64,000 nt of DNA from Pelagibacteraceae bacterium (GTDB taxonomy: Bacteria; Pseudomonadota; Alphaproteobacteria; Pelagibacterales; Pelagibacteraceae). The translations under genes and the position numbers were made by a program. Positions 58,530 to 64,000 of the stretch are shown here, in pieces. Numbering within the stretch: the first letter of the stretch is position 1; each line of letters begins with the position of its first letter. The DNA lies in assembly GCA_038124645.1 (NCBI GenBank), contig JAYPCI010000004.1:5489-69488 (forward strand), in the 5' to 3' direction. The notes under the pieces are model-generated. The model was not told where the DNA came from and did no database searches. It worked only from the letters and a program-made list of their open reading frames with translations.

Positions 58530-59429
58530 ATGAAAAATTCATACCCACGAGACCTTATTGGTTACGGTGCTAAAGGTAAAATTATTGAATGGCCCAATAG
58601 AGCTAAACTGGCTGTGCAATTTGTTCTCAATTATGAGGAAGGTGGAGAAAATTGTACTTTACACGGTGATAAAGAGTCAGAAATTTTCCTATCTGAAATT
58701 ATAGGAGCATTACCAGTGAAGGGACGCCATATGAATATGGAGTCATTTTATGAGTATGGTTCTAGAATTGGTTTTTGGCGACTACATAAACTCTTTGAAG
58801 AATTGAATATTCCAGTCACAATCTTTGGGGTCGCAATGGCTCTAGAAAGAAATCCTGAGGTGTGTGCCGCGATTAAATCAGGAAACTATGAGATAGCAAG
58901 TCACGGATGGCGTTGGATTAATTATCAAAACATTAAAAAGGCAGAAGAAAAAAAACATATGCATAAGGCCATTGACACGATTAAAAAAATTTTTGGTAGT
59001 CGACCACTTGGTTGGTACACGGGCAGATCAAGTCCTTATACGAGGGAAATGGTTTTAGAGGAAGGCGGATTTAAATATTGTAGCGATTCTTATGCAGATG
59101 ACTTGCCTTATTGGGAGCATAAAGGAAACAAAAAACTATTAATTATTCCTTATACTTTAGACAATAATGATATGAGATTTGCAACAAACCAAGGTTTTAA
59201 TTCTGGTGACCAATTTTTTACCTATCTAAAAGACAGTTTTGACACTTTGTATCAAGAAGGAGATACACAGCCTAAAATGATGTCAGTTGGTTTACATTGC
59301 AGACTGATTGGTCGACCTGGAAGATACCAGTCATTAAAAAGATTTATTGAATATATTAAAAAATTTAATGATGTTTGGATTTGCAAGAGAATAGATATTG
59401 CTAATCACTGGATTGAAAAAAAATACTAA
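58530..59429 (+). CDS. puuE: allantoinase, PuuE type (polysaccharide deacetylase fold)
   Basis: 299 aa. YPRDLIGYG, VQFVLNYEEGGENC, YEYGSRIGFWRL and HGWRW match PuuE-type allantoinases. Confidence 0.85.
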   Translation: MKNSYPRDLIGYGAKGKIIEWPNRAKLAVQFVLNYEEGGENCTLHGDKESEIFLSEIIGALPVKGRHMNMESFYEYGSRIGFWRLHKLFEELNIPVTIFGVAMALERNPEVCAAIKSGNYEIASHGWRWINYQNIKKAEEKKHMHKAIDTIKKIFGSRPLGWYTGRSSPYTREMVLEEGGFKYCSDSYADDLPYWEHKGNKKLLIIPYTLDNNDMRFATNQGFNSGDQFFTYLKDSFDTLYQEGDTQPKMMSVGLHCRLIGRPGRYQSLKRFIEYIKKFNDVWICKRIDIANHWIEKKY

Positions 59430-59432
59430 TTT

Positions 59433-60425
59433 ATGAAAGAAAAGATAATTTTTAAAAAAGGTTTGATTGATCTTGCCCAACCAAGATTGGGTACTAAAGT
59501 AGTTTATAAAACCGATGATTTTTTTGCCTCCGCTAACAGAATTATTGATCCTAACCCGCCTATTTTTAAAGAAGGGGTTTACGATAAGCACGGTAAGTGG
59601 ATGGACGGATGGGAGTCGAGAAGAAAAAGAGTCTCAGGACATGATTATTTAATTCTTAAATTAGGAAAAGTAGGTTCAATTGAGCGAATTGAAATTGATA
59701 CCTCGCACTTCAACGGCAATCAACCAGACGCGATTAGTGTCGAAGGTGCTTATCTTCAAAAAGCAAAAAAGATAAAAGATATTAAATGGCAAGCGCTCTT
59801 AAGTAAAAAAAAAGTTAAAGCGAATAATAATCATATTTTTAACATCAAAAATAAAAATAGTTTTTCTCATATAAAATTAAATATCTTTCCTGACGGAGGC
59901 GTTGCAAGAATAAGATTATTTGGCAAAATAAATCAAAAATTAAACAAGTCTAAAAATAAAACAACAAACTTAGCTTCATTATTATTAGGTGCTTCTATCA
60001 TCGCTTGTAACAATGAACATTTTGGAAAAGCAGAAAATATTTTAGCACCCGGTAAAGCAAAAAATATGGGAGATGGTTGGGAAACTAGACGAAGAAGAGG
60101 AAAAGGTTTTGATTGGTTAATTTTAAAATGTGTGGATGGTTACAAAGTTAATCAATTAGAAGTTTCAACACATCATTTTAAAGGTAACTTCCCAAGTCAG
60201 TGCTCAATCCAAGCAGCGTATATTAATAAAAAAATAAATGATCATGCTATTGTCAAACAATCAAATAAATGGAAAATTTTTTTAGGTAAAAGTAAACTTG
60301 CAGCTAATAAAACACATGTCTTTAAAAACCTGAATAATAAAAATGGCAAGGTTAATTTTATTAAAATAAATATTTATCCTGATGGTGGTATTTCAAGATT
60401 TAAGATTATAGGCAAAATGTTATGA
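59433..60425 (+). CDS. alc: allantoicase
   Basis: 330 aa with two allantoicase repeats (DGWESRRKR / DGWETRRRR; IFPDGGVARIRLFG / IYPDGGISRFKIIG). Confidence 0.88.
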   Translation: MKEKIIFKKGLIDLAQPRLGTKVVYKTDDFFASANRIIDPNPPIFKEGVYDKHGKWMDGWESRRKRVSGHDYLILKLGKVGSIERIEIDTSHFNGNQPDAISVEGAYLQKAKKIKDIKWQALLSKKKVKANNNHIFNIKNKNSFSHIKLNIFPDGGVARIRLFGKINQKLNKSKNKTTNLASLLLGASIIACNNEHFGKAENILAPGKAKNMGDGWETRRRRGKGFDWLILKCVDGYKVNQLEVSTHHFKGNFPSQCSIQAAYINKKINDHAIVKQSNKWKIFLGKSKLAANKTHVFKNLNNKNGKVNFIKINIYPDGGISRFKIIGKML

Positions 60426-60919
60426 GTGAAAAAAAATATCAAGCACAAACGATAACTAAAGAAAATTTCAAAGAGTTTGGTGACTTGATCACAACAGAAG
60501 GTATTGAACCCTTAAATATTAACAATGGTTTTGCTAAGCGTTTTGATGATATTGCTCAATTGAATACAAAGAGTGAAGGTGGGGAAACGACAATCAGTAT
60601 TTTTTCAGCACTTAAGCGTAATTTTCCAATGCAAATTGATATGATGGAAAAGCATCCGCTAGGAAGTCAGGCTTTTATACCAATGAAAGAAACTAATTTT
60701 CTCTGTTTTGTGGCCCCCGCAGCAGACAAACCTGATTTATCAAAAGCTAAAGCTTTTTTAATCCCAAAAGGATTAGGAATAAATTTTAAACCAGGAACTT
60801 GGCATTTCCCTCTTATTTCAACAGAGAATATGAATTTTTTAGTTGTCGATCGAAAAGGTCAAGGTGAAAATCTTGTAATCAAAGATTTAAAATCTGAAAA
60901 CATTTACATCAATTATTAA
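60422..60919 (+). CDS. allA: ureidoglycolate lyase
   Basis: 165 aa. AllA-family pattern (MEKHPLGSQAFIP...GTWH). Overlaps alc by 4 nt. Confidence 0.85.
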   Translation: MSEKKYQAQTITKENFKEFGDLITTEGIEPLNINNGFAKRFDDIAQLNTKSEGGETTISIFSALKRNFPMQIDMMEKHPLGSQAFIPMKETNFLCFVAPAADKPDLSKAKAFLIPKGLGINFKPGTWHFPLISTENMNFLVVDRKGQGENLVIKDLKSENIYINY

Positions 60920-60953
60920 AAAAAAAATCCGCCGTTAAAAAACGGCGGATTTT
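60918..60953. terminator. bidirectional rho-independent terminator (allA / NCS1 permease)
   Basis: An A-run, then ATCCGCCGTT (60927-60936), AAAA loop, AACGGCGGAT (60941-60950), then TTT. It lies between convergent genes. Confidence 0.8.
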
Positions 60954-60967
60954 CTAAACTTGTTAGT

Positions 60968-62374
60968 TTATTTTTTTGAACTTGCTAAGTGTATGATAGC
61001 ACCTAATGCAGCTCCAATAATCCAAGCGTAACCGCCTAAACTTTGAAGTGCTGGATGCCATACTGTCATAACTGAGAATACACCTGCTATAATCCAAGCA
61101 ATGAATGCTTTGGTATTCCAACCATCGTTGTAATAATACTTACCTCGACTCTTGTCAGAATATAAGTCACTTGGACTTAATTTAGCATTTTTAATGATGT
61201 AAAAGTCAGCAATCATGATTCCGTAAACAGGTGCAAGTACTGCTCCTAAAGTATTTACAAATGGAAACATTCCTATGTTACTGATTACAGAAACCCAGAA
61301 AGCTCCAATTATGAATCCGACGATTGCAGTTATCAAACCACCAGTCCTAAAATCAATTTTACTAGGAACTAAGTTTGATAAGTCGTATGCCGGTGGCACA
61401 AAGTTAGCAACTAAGTTAATACCAATTGTTGCAGCAAAGAATGCAAACGCTGCAATAACGGTTAAACCTAAATTTCCAACTCGCTCAACTATCTCTGTTG
61501 GATTAGTTAATGTTTCACCAAACACCGCAACTGTACCCGCTGTAGTCATTAAAGCAATAAATGAGAATAAAACAATATTGCCTGGTAATCCCCAAAGGTT
61601 TCCTTTTTTCATTTCTTTTTCGTTCTTAACGAAACGAGAAAAGTCACCAAAGTTAATTACAACTGCAGCAAAGTAAGCTACCATAGTACCAAAGACTGCT
61701 AAGAAAGCAGCTATTGGTCCACCACTATACGTACCTACTCCTTTAAAGATATTACCAACTTCAGACAAAAGTCCACCACCTGCTTTAGCCCAAATCATAA
61801 TCATCAATAAAATCATGATGACATAAACTGCTGGACCCGCAAAGTTTAAGAATCTTCTGATTAGGTCAATACCATTCCAGAATAAATAGACTTGGAAACC
61901 AGCAACAAAAATAAATGAAACCCAATCGATTCCATTCATTCCTAAAAATGTTCCTGAGCCTCCGTCAGAACCAGTTATTCCTTTCAAAAGTAAAGCAACC
62001 GCTGTTGATGCAAAATATGTTTGTGCACCATACCAGAACATTGCTACGATACCTCTGACCATTGCAGGAAAGTTAGCACCATAAACACCCATACTCACTC
62101 GAGCAAATACGGGGTAAGGTATTCCATACTTAACACTTGGACTACCTGATAAGTTAACTAACCACATTATAAAAAATCCTGCTAAGATTAGGGCTAAAAA
62201 TACTACCCATCCATTTAAACCATAAGTTAAAAATAGAGAGGCAGCTAACGTATATCCAAATAAACTTTGAACATCGTTCGCCCACACGTTAAAGATTTCA
62301 AACCAGCCCCATTTTTTGTCTTTCGACGGAGTTGGTGCGAGATCTTTGTTATATAGCTTTCTTGAATTAGCCAT
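60968..62374 (-). CDS. NCS1-family permease (allantoin/uracil/cytosine/thiamine type)
   Basis: 12-TM NCS1 pattern (DLAPTP...NVWANDVQS). Start moved to ATG 62374 (MANSRKLYNKDLAP), which is preceded by AAGGAGGGAAT. Confidence 0.85.
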   Translation of the reverse strand: MANSRKLYNKDLAPTPSKDKKWGWFEIFNVWANDVQSLFGYTLAASLFLTYGLNGWVVFLALILAGFFIMWLVNLSGSPSVKYGIPYPVFARVSMGVYGANFPAMVRGIVAMFWYGAQTYFASTAVALLLKGITGSDGGSGTFLGMNGIDWVSFIFVAGFQVYLFWNGIDLIRRFLNFAGPAVYVIMILLMIMIWAKAGGGLLSEVGNIFKGVGTYSGGPIAAFLAVFGTMVAYFAAVVINFGDFSRFVKNEKEMKKGNLWGLPGNIVLFSFIALMTTAGTVAVFGETLTNPTEIVERVGNLGLTVIAAFAFFAATIGINLVANFVPPAYDLSNLVPSKIDFRTGGLITAIVGFIIGAFWVSVISNIGMFPFVNTLGAVLAPVYGIMIADFYIIKNAKLSPSDLYSDKSRGKYYYNDGWNTKAFIAWIIAGVFSVMTVWHPALQSLGGYAWIIGAALGAIIHLASSKK

Positions 62375-62492
62375 ATTCCCTCCTTTGTTGTTGATGCAGA
62401 GCTTAACTATTTTGTTGAGCACAGCAACGATATAACTGCTTAATGGTAAATATGCATTGGTATTGAAGGATAATAAAACTTAAAATGGATAC

Positions 62493-62993
62493 CTAAATTC
62501 TATTTTTAAGTTCGTCTAATTGTTTTTTAAGATTTTCGACCTCTTCAGAAAGCTGTTCATTGTTTCCTGTCTTTTTTTCTGCTGAGTAGTTAGTTGGTTT
62601 ATTACTAGTATTCGAACCTTTGTTGTACATGTTAGTGAGATCGAAAGGATTAAATTTCATCATTTTAGAAAAACCTTCAGTAAACATATCGTTTGCATTC
62701 GCAAAATTATGCATATGATTTAAGTAGCCAAACATGTCATTAGATTTATTATTTTCATAATACAAAATAATTTGTTTTAAAAATTCCACCGGCACAAGAT
62801 TAACGCCGGACGTTTCTTTATCGAGAATTATTTGTGTTAGAATTGCTGAGGTAATATCTTTTTTATTGTCAGCATCAATAATTTTAAAATTTTTATTTTC
62901 TTTAATTAAATTAACAATATCGTCTTGAGTAATGTATGAACTTGTTTCTTTATTATAGAGACGACGGTTTGAATATTTTTTTATTTCAATCAT
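62493..62993 (-). CDS. phaR: polyhydroxyalkanoate synthesis repressor PhaR
   Basis: MIEIKKYSNRRLYNKETSSYIT..DI is the PhaR N-terminal DNA-binding signature. Start taken at ATG 62993, 1 nt after the phaC stop. Confidence 0.88.
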   Translation of the reverse strand: MIEIKKYSNRRLYNKETSSYITQDDIVNLIKENKNFKIIDADNKKDITSAILTQIILDKETSGVNLVPVEFLKQIILYYENNKSNDMFGYLNHMHNFANANDMFTEGFSKMMKFNPFDLTNMYNKGSNTSNKPTNYSAEKKTGNNEQLSEEVENLKKQLDELKNRI

Positions 62994-62994
62994 T

Positions 62995-64000
62995 TTATTT
63001 CTCAACAACGTATTGACCAGGCGCCTTATAGATTTCTTTAAATTTATTTTGTGAAATTAATTTGGTATCCAATATTCTGCCTGAGTGTTCCGCTAACCAT
63101 TCCATCCATAACGGCCACCATGATCCTTCTTTTTTATCGGCATCGTTTAACCACTCATCAGCAGATTTAGATAATTCAGTTTTATTATTTTCAAAATAAT
63201 ATTGTTTACCTGGTTTGGCGCCTTTGCCTTGAATGATACCCGCAATATGTCCTGAGTTTGCTAATACGAATTTGCTTTTGTTAGAATAACTCTTCAATCC
63301 TACATAAACACTTTTCCAAGGAGCAATATGATCCTCTGTGGTTGCGACATGAAACATTGGCGTATCAACTTTGCTTAAATCTAATTTCTCGCCCTTAAAA
63401 ATATACTCGCTCTTCACTATCTTATTATGTAAATAACAAGATCTTAAGTAGTCACTATGAAGCTTTTCCGGAATTCTAGTTGAGTCTGAATTCCAATAAA
63501 GCATGTCAAAAGCAGTTGGCTTTTGTCCAAGTAAATAATTATTCGTAACATAATTCCAATACAAATCTCCAGGTCTTAAAAAATTAAATGTGGCAGCCAT
63601 ATCTTTTCCGTCAAAATAACCTTGTCCCTTCATCCTGTTTTCGATTGATTGAATCTGTTCGTCTGAAATAAAAATTCCTAAATCGCCTGGTTCCTCAAAG
63701 TTAATTAAACTAGCAAAAAAAGTTGCTGAATTGACTTTAATATCAAAGTTTTTATTTTTTAAATGTGCTAGGGTCATCGATGTCAGAGTTCCACCCACGC
63801 AATAAGCTGAAAGATTGACTGCTTTAGCATTGCTTTCTTGCGCAGCAACTTCGATTGCTTTTAAAACACCGTCCTCAATGTACTCCTCAAAACCAAAAGC
63901 GCGACTATCTGATTTTGGATTTTTCCATGAAATCAGAAAGACATTTTGATTTTGTTCTAAAAGATAATTCATCATTGATTTTTTTTCATTAAGATCCATG
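62995..64000 (-). CDS. phaC: class I poly(3-hydroxyalkanoate) synthase, C-terminal ~334 codons (5' end beyond the right window edge)
   Basis: Lipase box AYCVGG, plus EDHIAPW and SGHIAG. The reading frame is still open at position 64000. Confidence 0.9.
   Translation of the reverse strand, partial: MDLNEKKSMMNYLLEQNQNVFLISWKNPKSDSRAFGFEEYIEDGVLKAIEVAAQESNAKAVNLSAYCVGGTLTSMTLAHLKNKNFDIKVNSATFFASLINFEEPGDLGIFISDEQIQSIENRMKGQGYFDGKDMAATFNFLRPGDLYWNYVTNNYLLGQKPTAFDMLYWNSDSTRIPEKLHSDYLRSCYLHNKIVKSEYIFKGEKLDLSKVDTPMFHVATTEDHIAPWKSVYVGLKSYSNKSKFVLANSGHIAGIIQGKGAKPGKQYYFENNKTELSKSADEWLNDADKKEGSWWPLWMEWLAEHSGRILDTKLISQNKFKEIYKAPGQYVVEK

Noticed and set aside
62375-62492. A purine or TPP riboswitch in the 118-nt leader of the NCS1 permease.
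   Set aside because: I could not find the conserved purine-aptamer junction or loop sequences, nor the TPP CUGAGA / ACCUGA elements. A cmsearch would be needed to be sure.

Overview
This is an AT-rich (roughly 30% GC by eye) and extremely gene-dense alphaproteobacterial chromosome segment. Several markers point to a streamlined SAR11/Pelagibacterales-like genome: gcrA, short hisG plus hisZ, a tRNA-His without G-1, cycM-kdsB-pheA, aroA-cmk-rpsA-ihfB-pyrF-trpFBA-accD-folC, and many 0-15 nt or overlapping gene junctions. That assignment is inference and I cannot run a search. I call about 70 CDS, one tRNA (His-GTG) and one SRP (4.5S) RNA. I see no rRNA, CRISPR array, IS element, integrase, phage gene or recognisable defence gene. 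Positions 1-40 kb are mostly housekeeping: ileS, ribF, groESL, tRNA-His-hisS-hisZ-hisG, cspA, accA, glcB, ffs-dnaX-ybaB-recR, pheA, kdsB, argFD, gcrA, kdsD-lptCB, and aroA through folC. Positions 40-64 kb look like nutrient acquisition and accessory metabolism. They hold an Fe3+-type ABC transporter, ugpBAECQ, an ETHE1-rhodanese/TauE/YeeE-YedE/rhodanese sulfur cluster, acetoacetyl-CoA synthetase plus 3-hydroxybutyrate dehydrogenase, an allantoin module (MFS, puuE-alc-allA, NCS1 permease), and phaR-phaC. I did not find a self-contained, clearly novel multi-gene system. The observations most worth follow-up are: (1) an atypical tRNA-His lying 4 nt from hisS-hisZ-hisG; (2) a BigR-type sulfide/persulfide operon with no regulator, in a lineage reported to depend on reduced sulfur; (3) an allantoin-to-glyoxylate route beside PHB and ketone-body genes; (4) AccA with a C-terminal membrane anchor; (5) a Tat-signal MsrB; (6) three uncharacterised membrane proteins next to gcrA, behind a 213-nt spacer that is one of the two longest non-coding stretches in the window. 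All functional calls rest on motif and family recognition from the translated ORF track and on my own reading of the DNA.
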